Of a stretch of DNA of 64,000 nt, positions 25,938 through 37,190 are shown one piece after another. A program made the position numbers and the translations under genes. The DNA is from Oopsacas minuta (lineage: Eukaryota; Animalia; Porifera): positions 850,534 through 914,533 of the forward strand of contig JAKMXF010000077.1 in NCBI GenBank assembly GCA_024704765.1, written 5' to 3'. How positions within the stretch are numbered: the stretch's first letter is position 1; every line of letters begins with the position of its first letter. The notes beneath the pieces were generated by a model. It ran no database searches. It was given only the letters and a program-made list of their open reading frames with translations, and was not told the DNA's origin.

Positions 25938-27222
25938 TATGTCCTATTCCCTGATGAAATTCACAGGTAACAACATCATCGTCCATTTATGCACCATTCA
26001 ATAATAGTGAGCAAAAGCAATGATGCTTTAATTTGAATCAATATAATTGACAAATTCGAATGTATATCCCATTCAACAGCCCTAAACTCAATTTCTAGAA
26101 ACAAGGAGTATTCTTGGCATCTGAAAAATGGGTACATCTTACCAGAGTGGGCAACTTTAACATAGGTTAAACACAGCACTGGGGGTAAGAATAATCTTTT
26201 AGGTCCTCCGGTTGGTTGCAATAATTATTTAGGATTTCCATATTATAACACTTAAATCAGAAACTATTCTAAATGTACTGTTTTGGCAGCTAGGGAAGAG
26301 AAAAGGAGAACGATTAATAAAAACTCAAATGGCCAAACTCAAAACAAACCTTGACTTGGCAAGTCAAGACCTTTCATCTATGAATTAAGTTTATCCCGAC
26401 AATTGGTAGGTATCAATTTCGTTTATCAGAAAATACTTTCACCCATATAGCGATCTTTTTCGTGCACAAGAAGTTTTCTGCGGCATTTCTAACTAACAAA
26501 ATAGGTTGTATTTTCAAATTAGAGCAACCGGACGCGTTTACCATGGTGTAGCCCCTGCACGAGACTTTGCCAGGGGGACATCTCTGTCTATGCACCCCAT
26601 AGCGGCGTCCCAGCCAGTTACCCATCCACCCAATATTTTTTATCAGTTTGCGGAGAGGTTAGAACCTGGGAGCGAGCATGTTTGTATACATTTTTCCTCT
26701 TACTACTGGTTGATTCTTCCCATATCCTATCTATCATATAAACGCTGTTAATCTATTGAATGTATATACATGTTTCGTTGATTTGTCCACTCTTCGAATT
26801 TACAAAATCGACAAACAAACTAATATATTCAAGTAAAACTTCGATTTTGCGAATTCAACACATATTATTTGTTAACATCTATGACCAATATAACGCGCAA
26901 CCAAACATCAAAGTGTAAATATAAGTTATCCTACAACAAAATTTGGGTCATCAATTGGACAATATTCTTCATATTAGTAGGGTGCCATACGTAACTATTT
27001 ACTAAAAGCATCGAATTGTTCTCTGTATAAAATTTAGTTTGTCGCTAAATTTCAGGAATATAACTTAACATTATCGTTGTAAGTGAAATCCTACCATAAT
27101 TTGAGGATCGCATGTATGTCTATTTGGAAAATCAACATTGGTTATTCTCCTTGTAAGAATTCCATAAAGAGAACCTGCGTCTTTGTAATTTGTATTTGAT
27201 CCTGGTTAGGGTATTTTATAGG

Positions 27223-29917
27223 CAGGGTTCTATCTACTGGGGGGGTGGGGGGAAGCTTCCTCTCCAAACTCCTCAACTTCCCCCCCAAAAATCTCATAAA
27301 ATGGACTATTAATCGCAATATATTATTCAATGGATAAATTATTAGAATATCAATTCATTGTGAAAATACTATTTGAAGTCTAAATAAATAATATGTGGGA
27401 AACCTGAATGACTTTTCATACTATTTGCAACTGCGAAATAATAATATATGTTGGAAAGTACAGCTTCCCACTATCCAGCCGCCTATATATTAGTGATGTA
27501 CGAATTCTTGAGGTATAATATAGCGGAAAAAATTCTTTTTGTTAACTTCACATAGGTAATAATTGATTAACCCAGTGTTACCACATGGATAAATTTGTTA
27601 TCATTCGAGGAACTAAAAGAAATATTTCGGATTGCAACAATATATCTGAGTCTGAACCACAACCACCAGAGGAAGATGCGATTGTTTCTACTCCATGCGC
27701 TTCTAAAACAGCCAAATAAATGCGAGCCTACAAGGACAACTTAGTTTATAATCCTACTTGGAAGAATGAATATACGTGGATGGACTACGATTCATCCCAA
27801 AATGGTATGGTGTGTATGATTTGTAAGGTCCATGGTAAACCACCGGTACAAGCGAGAGGTACATGGGTGACAAAACCTATAAACAATTGGGTGAAGGCGA
27901 AAAGTTTACTAATACAACATGAGAAATCTGATTGGCACGCAGCAGCTATCGAAAGAATGGTTATGTCTCAATCAACAGAGGAACATGTTAATGTAATGGA
28001 ACAATTGGAAGCAGCCACTGCGGAGGAGAAGAAACAGAACCGTGACATTATGAAAAAGCTTATTCGATCCTTATATTTCTTGGTTAAGCATCATATCCAC
28101 CATACAACTACATTTGAAAACCTCATTACTTTACAAATTGAGAATGGGGACATCATACAGAAATCTCACAGAGAGAAGTGTCCACACAATGCGACATATG
28201 AATCATGTACCACAATAGTGGAACTTCTCTCAAGTATTAGCAATGTACTCGAGAAGAGGATCATCACCAGTCTCAGTGCTAGCCCATATTATTCATTAAT
28301 GGCTGATGAAAGTACGGATGTAGCATCACAAGAAGAGTTGTTAGTATGTGCACGTTGGATAGAAGATAATAAATCAGTAGAACATTTTCTTGGAATTTTG
28401 CATGCGAAGGAGAAAAATGCTCAAGCGATCGCTTGTTACCCTCGAACTTTTCTTCATTCCAAAAACATTTGTTTTGATAAGATGCGTGGACTTGGTTTTG
28501 ATGGTACAAAAACTATGTCGGGTCACAGAAGTGGTGTTCAAATACGGCTAAGATTACATGCACCAAGCTTTATCTATGTGCACTGTCGCTGCCATAAGCT
28601 TCAACTTGCTGCATTAAATGCTGCATCAGAACATACAGTACTGAAGAGAGTTTTGGTTACACTATTAACAATCTGGAAGGCTTTTCATTTTTCTCCCAAA
28701 AAAGCTGAGAAACTTGGTGAGATTCAAGCTGAACTCAGGCTCCTGAAATCAAAATGCAGAAGCCTAGTGATACTCGCTGGTTAGCCCGTGAGAGAGCTGT
28801 GTCTGTTGTGCAACGGAGTTTACCAGCTTTGGTCAGTACATTTGAAGAGATATACGCAGAAACTGGGGATGCAGAATCACATGGAATTGTAACTCTCTTA
28901 TTGAAGTACAAGACTGTCGCATGTATCTACATGCTATCAGATGTTCTTCATATCGTAGCGAAATTGCAAGGAAGTCTATAAGCCAAGGATATTGATCTTG
29001 CGAGTGTGCCATCGATGGTTGCTAGTACTACTAAACGGCTGTTGGAGCTCAAAGAAGATGTAACAAGCAGCATATGGTTCAAGGAACATTCTTTGGTTTT
29101 TACTGATGATGCTTAATTAGGAGAGAAACACATCGTGGTATTGGAAGAAGAGAAGAGTGAATTTCTTCACAAGGTGTATCGACCATACCTCCAAAGTGTC
29201 ATAGATCACATTAATGTCCGGATGGAGTCTACTGAACTCATTTCAGCCATGTCTGTTTTTGACCCTCGCCATCTTCCTGGTACAGAAGAAGAATTATCAG
29301 AGTACGGAATAGAACATATTAAGACACTCACGGATTTTTATAGTGTGAACAAAGGATCAATGTAGGAGGAGATGAAGGTATATCACAGCCTGACATCGAA
29401 GCTAAAGAAACTGAGTCAGAGTGGAAATTGTTTAGACGCTTAATTTTCCTACAGTAAAAGGTAGGTCCTTACAATTTGTACTCTCAAGACTGCTGGGGAA
29501 CGGAGAGATATATGCTGCATTTCCAAACTTGGCAAAGATAGCCGCTATTTTGGAAGTATTACCAGTGACAACAGCCACAGTCGAAAGGAGTTTCAGCAAT
29601 ATGAAATTAATAAAAACGAGACTTCGCAGCCGAATGAGTGAAGAGACACTTGATTATTGTATGCGCATATGTATTGAAGGTCCTGATCACCTATCTGATG
29701 AAAATTTAGTGGCAGTATTGGAGCATTATAAAGGAATGAAAATTTGAAAAATCAATTTGTGAGCGACCCTTTCATGTTTTACTAACGATAGAAATCTTCA
29801 TTATTAAGAATTAGATTAGATGTTTGGTGTTTACTTCAAGGTTGTAATATTTTGATAATTGTGTACTAAGCATTTCAAAGTTTCCCCCCCAAATTTAAAA
29901 TCCTAGATAGAACCCTG
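27223..29917 (+). mobile_element. Full-length hAT transposon (ZNF862-like transposase), defective
   Basis: 14-bp TIR CAGGGTTCTATCTA / TAGATAGAACCCTG. The flanks share only ATAGG (5 bp). Confidence 0.9.
27720..29747 (+). pseudogene. hAT transposase pseudogene (ZNF862-like)
   Basis: MADESTDVASQEEL, GLGFDGTKTMSG, VHCRCHKLQLA, PSDTRWLARERAV and VTTATVERSFSNMKLIKTRLRSRM across frameshifted ORFs 27720-28784, 28754-28981, 29135-29365 and 29529-29747. Confidence 0.9.
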
Positions 29918-30643
29918 ATAGGCCTATAGATCTGGAAGGATTTGATTTTTGCTGTTATGTTACGCACAGTAGCCTTTATTACCATTTAGGAAATCAACAA
30001 ATAATATATATTGATTTGTAACATGAATATGGTGATTTACAATCACCATTTTGTATGTTTCGATTTTATCACTTAAATATCAGTTTGGATGATGATTTTC
30101 AAAATCGACAAAATATAAATTTTGATCATACTATAAAATAAATTTTTAAAATGGATAGAATAAGCAAAATACCATGTGGCTAGAGATGGACACTAAGTTA
30201 ATCCTTTGGATTTTATCACAGTATCACTTTGAATTACATATTTGAAATATATTAGGGGCAACTCAAACATTTCAGTAGTAGAAATATGAAATTCGAACAT
30301 CCCTGCGTCACAAAACAATGTCATCTCGTTTTGACATCGATTATATGATACAGAGCATTAACGGAGCGTGGTGTTGGAGCGCTCCATTTATTGATACAGT
30401 AGCGGTCACACATTGATGAAGTCTGTTAGACTTGTAGACGTTAAGTTAATGGGAAAATTTTTCCCAATATAATACTGACGGCACCATTTGGCACTGATGG
30501 TGACAGCACACTTAATTAATTCACGATAATGGAACAGCAAGTTTCCTGGAAAATTCACATTTGTCATTTGTTGCACATTTGACCTTGTTAATCACAGATG
30601 TAGGTTAATGTGTGATGACAACTGCCAAGCATTTGTTCTTAAC

Positions 30644-30884
30644 CAGTGGCGGATTCTTTAAAAAATTCTCTGTGGGAAAATTGAACTTATCAGAGCTATT
30701 TTTTGATTTCATTATAGAATACTACACAGTACACATATTAGAATTACAATTCGTTGGGTATATCCAAGCAATTCGATATTTTCTGATTCTTTATTGCACG
30801 TTTATATTCTTGTTTACTAATTAATTTCAGTTATTCTAATATTGAAAACTAGAGAGTCAATTACCCCCCAGGAATCCGCCATTG
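30644..30884. mobile_element. hAT-derived MITE
   Basis: TIR CAGTGGCGGATTC / GAATCCGCCATTG. Perfect 8-bp TSD TTCTTAAC at 30636-43 and 30885-92. Confidence 0.9.
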
Positions 30885-31546
30885 TTCTTAACTTTTGTTG
30901 TTATCAATTTTCTGATTTTTATAGAGACAACTATAGATGTCTAGTATTGCCTCCTGAACAACCGTACATCATTCTATTTGCGACAATCATTTGGGCCACC
31001 TCCGGCTGAAACACTTTGGGCTCCCTGTAGCCAAGAGAAGGAGATCGATAATTATAGAGATGCAAATTTGGCATATTGATGACAGTCTACGTCAAATATC
31101 AAAACAAATGCTTGGCAGTCATCATGGCAATATTATGTGGCTTACAAAGAATTATGAGTTCGGGGCATTAGAGAACTAGACATAATTATTTCCTAAATAT
31201 GTATAACCTACAGTGCAACAGATAAAGGGTATAAATGTAATTTCAGGTGCCCAGAATTTCGGCCAAAAAATTATATCACCATAAATCACTTCTCTGCACA
31301 ACTGTATTATATACTACTTTACTTGTGTCCGCAGATATTACAGCAGCGACAAATATTTACTTCCAATAGATATAGTAGCATTAGAAAACGCACAATCATA
31401 AGTGACTGGAAAATGAACAGAAATGGTGGTGGAATATATGCCAGACTCAATCACTAGCTCTTCTCTCCCTTTATTCATACTTTCCTAGAGTAACATACAT
31501 CATGTATAGGGATTGAGAGGTTAGTAGCTTGGTAGAAATAAAAATA

Positions 31547-32794
31547 CAAGGTGTCAAAGTTCTGTTAAATTGCTAAACCTTTATAACTTCTAAAAATGCA
31601 AAAGTGAGAATGTTAGTAATTTTCACATTGGGTTAATATAGTAACTATGTTGAGTAAACAGCTATGAGTATTCTATATACCCACCTCTATTCTTAACTAC
31701 AGCCTTGAGTCGTCCCTTAAACTGTTGAATAGAATCTCGCATCTCTTGCTGGGGCATTTTTCCCATTCCCTAATGAGCGCGTTCCTTAGTGATTTCAAAC
31801 TCCTATGTAGCTTTGACAGGCCCTTGTTTGTAGTGTGCCCCATGCAGAGAAGTCGAATGGGTTAAGATCTGGGCTGAAGGGTGGCCATTCTTCCTTCGAT
31901 ATAAAATCAATATTTTATGCCCTAACCAAGATTGAGTGGCTTTTGATGCGTGGGCAGGGGCAGAATCCTTTTGGAACACTTTGCACCCGCATGTTGAATT
32001 TCTGGCTCTAAAATTAACTCTCTCTATGTTTTAGAGTCAGTATTAACTCCTTGGGGTGACAACAATCAGATTTGTCCGGCAATTGGCAAACACACCAGCA
32101 CACACCATCAAACATTGGGGTTTTGCACTCTATCAACAAACCATCCTTCATCACTAATGCTTTTTGATGATGCAATTGGAATGCGATCATTTTGGGTGCG
32201 ACTCCTCAATTCTGACAACTTTTTCATGAGTAAATAGTACCTATTTTCAGCACCCACTAGGAGCCGGGCTAGAATCATTTTCGATATTTTAAATATTTGC
32301 TTTATTAAAACAGGAGTAAGATGGTGTGCTGTACGGAGTTTCAAAGACTTAACCCCTAAGTCATTCCGCACCAATTTTCGAATGGTTTCGTAAGTAACTA
32401 ATAAATGGAAAGCCATTTTTCTGATAGAGCGCCGACGATTTCGAGCAATTCGGGGTGGATACCTTTTTCATGCTGTGGGGTGGAAACTGATTTTGGGCGG
32501 TCTAAACATGACCAGTGTCTTTATACGGCTGATGGTGCGGTAAATTAGTTGGCAATTGACTTTTACCTCCTTTAAGCCACTCAAAATTCTTTCGTAGACT
32601 TACCAGCAGTAAAAAATCCAATAATCTTTGAACTTATTGCCGCCATGGGCTGTAAATTTGAAATTTGTATGAGAGATGATTATTTGATTCGAAATATCTA
32701 TTCAAATGTATTAAAACTGTTTAACATAGTGTGTGATAATAACTGTGCCTAAATTAGGGCATACTTTAAGTAACAGAACTTAATTGACACCCTG
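31547..32794 (-). mobile_element. Tc1/mariner DD37D(maT)-like element, defective
   Basis: TA TSDs. TIR CAAGGTGTCAAAGTTCTGTTA / rc CAGGGTGTCAATTAAGTTCTGTTA. Minus-strand motifs VFQKDSAPAHASK and EWPPFSPDLNPFDFSAWG. Many frameshifts. Confidence 0.85.
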
Positions 32795-34005
32795 TAGAGA
32801 GTTACATAAATCATCTTTAGGTATTGAGAGGTTGGTAGCTTGGGAGAAATAGAATTGGAGACTAACACACACTATCACTATCGATTGAGAGAATATTAGC
32901 TGGGTGTGAAACAGAGAGTAACAAAATAATCTTAAAATATGTAATCACTTTTTAATGCCGATATTCATAATCAGCATTAAAATTCAGTTATTCTGGAGGT
33001 AACAAGGCCATGTATGAAAAATGATACAGAAATATTTTTCGAAGAAAATATAAAAATTTTCCTATACCACCCCAAGGAGATTTCTTCCCCTTCAATCGGG
33101 CTCCCTATTTTATAGTAGCTCATGTGATTTCGAATGGCACTAGTCTCAGCTTCTGATATTGCCCAATACGATGTTATTCTATGGAAAGACAGCCAAATAA
33201 CTTCGAAAAAGCCGTATGAAACAGTCGCCGACTCGAAAATAATACAAATCCCCGATGCCTCTATATCAATTCATTTTACAATTTATTTAGCTCTCTTTGT
33301 GCCTATTTTCATACTTGTATCAAAAATGAACCTTATGCCATTCTTATCATTCATAAATCAATAGTACAGTCGAGAGTGATATTTCTTACTATTGTTGCAG
33401 GAAATTTAATAAGAATAATTCAATGGAAATGTATACATCACATCTGAGCATGAAAAAATATTAGAAAAACCGGTGTAGGAAAATCCGTTTTTGATCGTAT
33501 ATGATTTTGCTTTATATAATCAGGGCGACCATCTGTTCATTTTTACAAATGACTGTTTATCTCGTATATTCAAACAAAGATTATTCCATGTTCATCTCAA
33601 AACCCAATGGTTCATGGTTATTGTAGGGTTTATGGACTGTGTTCATCATCTGGCGCTATAAAAATTGCACTTTTTACATGATCAAAAGCCAGCAAAAAAT
33701 CTGCTAACAAAATTACCAAAATCCCAATAATTTTGTATCACTATGTAATATATAGTATTATCGAGAACAAGCACTTCAAGGAGCAAAAAATCTCAAGCGG
33801 AAATAGACCAGATTTCTACTGTAGTAAATTCATTTTGCTGGTGAATAGTGCTGGATGAACCCTTGTACCTGACCGTCAGTAGTCTGGGTTCCTTATTCAT
33901 TTTCGTTAGTGGAATTGGCCTACGTGTTTTTCGGTTAGCTTTAAGAATATTTACCCTTTAATCATTTCGCTCTTTCAATATTTCGATGTTTTAGTCTTTC
34001 TTTGG

Positions 34006-35979
34006 ATGAATCTATACTCTACCATAAAGTTTACGACAAATTACAAATCTTCGCGAATATTTGGCATCCCTAATCTTTATGATAGTTTACTTATTTTTAC
34101 TCATGGTTCAACTACTCCAGATCCACTTCATGATATACTTCACTTCTCTCCACTAAATTCTTATTATTTCAGACCCTATCAGGTACAGAGTATGATAGAA
34201 TTGTTCCACTCTATTTTTTTGGAATTACACGCCGCTTTACCTGGCTCAAGTGATCCTTCAAAACATTCTACGGCAGATTCAGATTTTTCCTTATTAAATT
34301 TTAGTCTACGATACAGAGCTGTTATTCAGAAGGATTTTGGAAATATTTACAGTTCTTTCGATTCCTCATATGACCCTGTATCAGTTCAACATTTGATTTG
34401 GCACTTATCTGAAATACTATATTTAGCACCTACTGAGCATTGCAAAACTAACAAATTATTATCTCTGAAGTTAGCTAATTGGATCCAAATTCACGGAAAG
34501 CATTCTTGCAAATTTATAGATTCTTGTGATAATTCTAATATTCACCTTTCTGATATTTTGACTGAAATGTGTATATTAATTCTTCAAGGAAGAATTCATG
34601 ACTGTGTAAACTTACTCATTCTTGTGCTCGCTGAGAGGGAGGGCTGGCCTACTCTTGTGGATAAACAACTGGATTCAATCCAATGTTTTGTTGATTTACT
34701 TCATACTTGGCCTTTTCAATTCAATAACGATTCTGAAAACGATCTCTTTAATAAGTGGATATCATGGAAAGATTGTTGCAGGGATGCTATTGATAATGGC
34801 CGTCTACAATCTATTTTTGAAATAGAACAGTTAGCAAAATTGATGAGCGGAAATAGAGATACATTTGAACATATTCCTCTTTCTTCTTGCCCTCGATGGA
34901 TAGACATGTTGGTTGGTTTGTTGTTATATTGCCATCCATTCGGAGAAGCATTTAGTACAGAATTAATGGAACTAGTTCGCTATGCATACATATCTTTTAA
35001 CGCTTCGGATGAAATCGATAAGATTTTGCTTAATCTGTTCACTAGCTCGCTATTGGACTTTTTCCAGTTATTATGCAAAATTGAACCGAGTTGGTGTCTA
35101 GCTGCTCATTTAGCTGATTTATTTACTCTAGCTGGCTATCAAGACATTAATTCTCGATTCTATCCCAAATGTGAAAGTAGCGAAGAGGATGAACTTAGAT
35201 TAAACGAACATATTATGCTTGGGTACGCATCATCTCTAATGAATAATCCCTTATTTTGGACATCAGGAGCTGACTATTTAATATATGCTTGTCCATCTTT
35301 AGGACATACTACGCTGACAACTTATCTTGAACGAATTGGAGCTGGGTCTAATTCTGAAACATCAACTAAAGTAGTAGCTATATGTGAGAAATATAATATC
35401 AAGAATACTTTATCTATTGTATCCAAAATACAAACTAGGGTGTCTTTGAGACTAGGGGATATACCTCAGGCAATAAATTGGAGCTTATTAGTAGATGATG
35501 ACAAATTCAGTAAATATTTAGTACGTAAATATTTATTTCATTATATGATGGAAGGATGTATGCAATATTTATTTGATATACGCAAATTTAGTTCAAGAAT
35601 ATTCTTTGGTGAAGATTTTGCTTTTCTATTGAAATATTCAGAATTTCATTTTCTATATTCTACTGGAGATGTCTGTAACTCTGCAAAGCTATTAGCAAGT
35701 ATTATTCGTTCTGAGGTTGCGCCTAGAGGTTTTTGGATACCGCTCTTTTTCGACATGCTACCTCTACTGGAATTGGAAGAATGTCTCTTTTCAGAAGATG
35801 ATACTTATGAAATGATGAGAGTGCTCCAAGAAGTTTCGTTATCCTACGCGAATAATACTTTCAATATACCTGGTATACATCAGGAACGAAAGACTGGAAT
35901 AATTATTAATAACAAATTCAATATTTTGCGATTGGCACTTACTAGAAGTCTCTCAAAACCTTTGATATCAGATATATAA
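34006..35979 (+). CDS. NUP85: Nuclear pore complex protein Nup85 (Y-complex nucleoporin), single uninterrupted ORF of 657 aa
   Basis: Collinear similarity to Nup85 from recall: SLRYRAVI, IWHLSEILY, LANWIQIH, KIEPSWCLAAHLADL, YASSLMNNPLFWTSGADYL, APRGFWIPLFFDMLPLLE, FSEDDTYEMMRVLQEV, LRLALTRSLS. Length is typical for the family. Confidence 0.9.
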   Translation: MNLYSTIKFTTNYKSSRIFGIPNLYDSLLIFTHGSTTPDPLHDILHFSPLNSYYFRPYQVQSMIELFHSIFLELHAALPGSSDPSKHSTADSDFSLLNFSLRYRAVIQKDFGNIYSSFDSSYDPVSVQHLIWHLSEILYLAPTEHCKTNKLLSLKLANWIQIHGKHSCKFIDSCDNSNIHLSDILTEMCILILQGRIHDCVNLLILVLAEREGWPTLVDKQLDSIQCFVDLLHTWPFQFNNDSENDLFNKWISWKDCCRDAIDNGRLQSIFEIEQLAKLMSGNRDTFEHIPLSSCPRWIDMLVGLLLYCHPFGEAFSTELMELVRYAYISFNASDEIDKILLNLFTSSLLDFFQLLCKIEPSWCLAAHLADLFTLAGYQDINSRFYPKCESSEEDELRLNEHIMLGYASSLMNNPLFWTSGADYLIYACPSLGHTTLTTYLERIGAGSNSETSTKVVAICEKYNIKNTLSIVSKIQTRVSLRLGDIPQAINWSLLVDDDKFSKYLVRKYLFHYMMEGCMQYLFDIRKFSSRIFFGEDFAFLLKYSEFHFLYSTGDVCNSAKLLASIIRSEVAPRGFWIPLFFDMLPLLELEECLFSEDDTYEMMRVLQEVSLSYANNTFNIPGIHQERKTGIIINNKFNILRLALTRSLSKPLISDI

Positions 35980-36136
35980 ATAGTTTACTTTTAAATATAC
36001 TTTCGTTTTATTATGGATTCCAAGTGAAATACCTTAGTCAGTGGGATACGTTTTAGTTACTTTATTTTATCCATTTGGAACGTAAGTACAGTGTATTACT
36101 CAGGGTACAAAAATAGATTTGCTTAGGATTACAATA

Positions 36137-36840
36137 CAATAGAACCTGTATAAGTGGGGAAGTCGAGACGGCGAATCTACTGACAAGTCCCCCATTCCCC
36201 ATTTATAATTCAAATGCAGATGTCCTTTAACCAAGGTTTTTTGAGTCAATATGATAGCCACTTCCACAACTACTGTTTTTTCAATAATATTGGAAGATTA
36301 TAACATGCTTTGATGTTGTGATTAGATAAATAATTTCGCTACAAAATTTCTTAGAAAACCAATAAATTTCAATCCATCATTGCGATAAATACGTCAATTT
36401 TCTAAAATTATCACATACAGTATTCCCTCGAATAATCGCCCTTCTGATGCTCCTAAAATATATTCAATACTTAAAGTGAATCGTCATATCCCCTTTATTT
36501 TGGTCAATACACTGTTTGTTAGGATAAATACACAAATTGCAAGCACATAGGTATGATAGTATCGATATTATCGTGTTTAGAAAAATAAAATCTTGCCTCT
36601 TAGGGGGCTTGAGATTCGTCCGGTATATTCGAGGTATTATGGCAAATTGATTATTCAAAGAAAATTTATCGTAGAATTCCACTTATAGAGGTAAATGTAT
36701 AAAGTGTATAATTATCTCTACAGTATGCCCCATCCCCCGTTTATTGAGGTTCGTTTCTATAGAAATGAATGAAGGTGGACAAAAATTGTCCCGTTTATAG
36801 AGGTTCCCATTTATATAGACTCAGCTTATATAGGTTGCAC
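36137..36840. mobile_element. Cluster of Tc1/pogo-type MITE remnants
   Basis: Outer inverted ends CAATAGAACCTGTATAAG / CTTATATAGGTTGCACTA. An inner pair CAGTATTCCCTCGAATA / TATTCGAGGTATTATGG lies at ~36418-36645. Confidence 0.4.
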
Positions 36841-37190
36841 TAAAGGTTCATCAAGGCGTATGCGTCACGCTTACAGCCGCACGCATTTAATCAAATGTAG
36901 GCCTAGGCGTGTCAAAATTCGGATAAGACCCCATACCGTAATATTATAGGTATACTGGAGGCGAGCGTGAAATCACTTAGGGGAATATTTTAGGCATTGG
37001 TACAGAATGGCTGGATGAACCTTGAGCATACACTGTACTGGGATTTTTTTGAAATAAACACAACTATTGTATTTCAATCATATATATATATATTTATATA
37101 TATATACAGTCAAGGGACAAAAGTGTTCGACCACACAAATATATTGTCATAAATTGTATACTCTATCTCGTTCCTATATATCGTGTAGTC

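Noticed and set aside
31510-32852. ~30-bp direct repeats (ATTGAGAGGTT(A/G)GTAGCTTGG) on either side of the DD37D-like element
   Set aside because: They do not abut both TIRs, so they are not a TSD. Most likely a pre-existing short tandem duplication.
34622-34907. Small ORFs overlapping NUP85
   Set aside because: Alternative-frame and antisense by-products of the NUP85 coding sequence.
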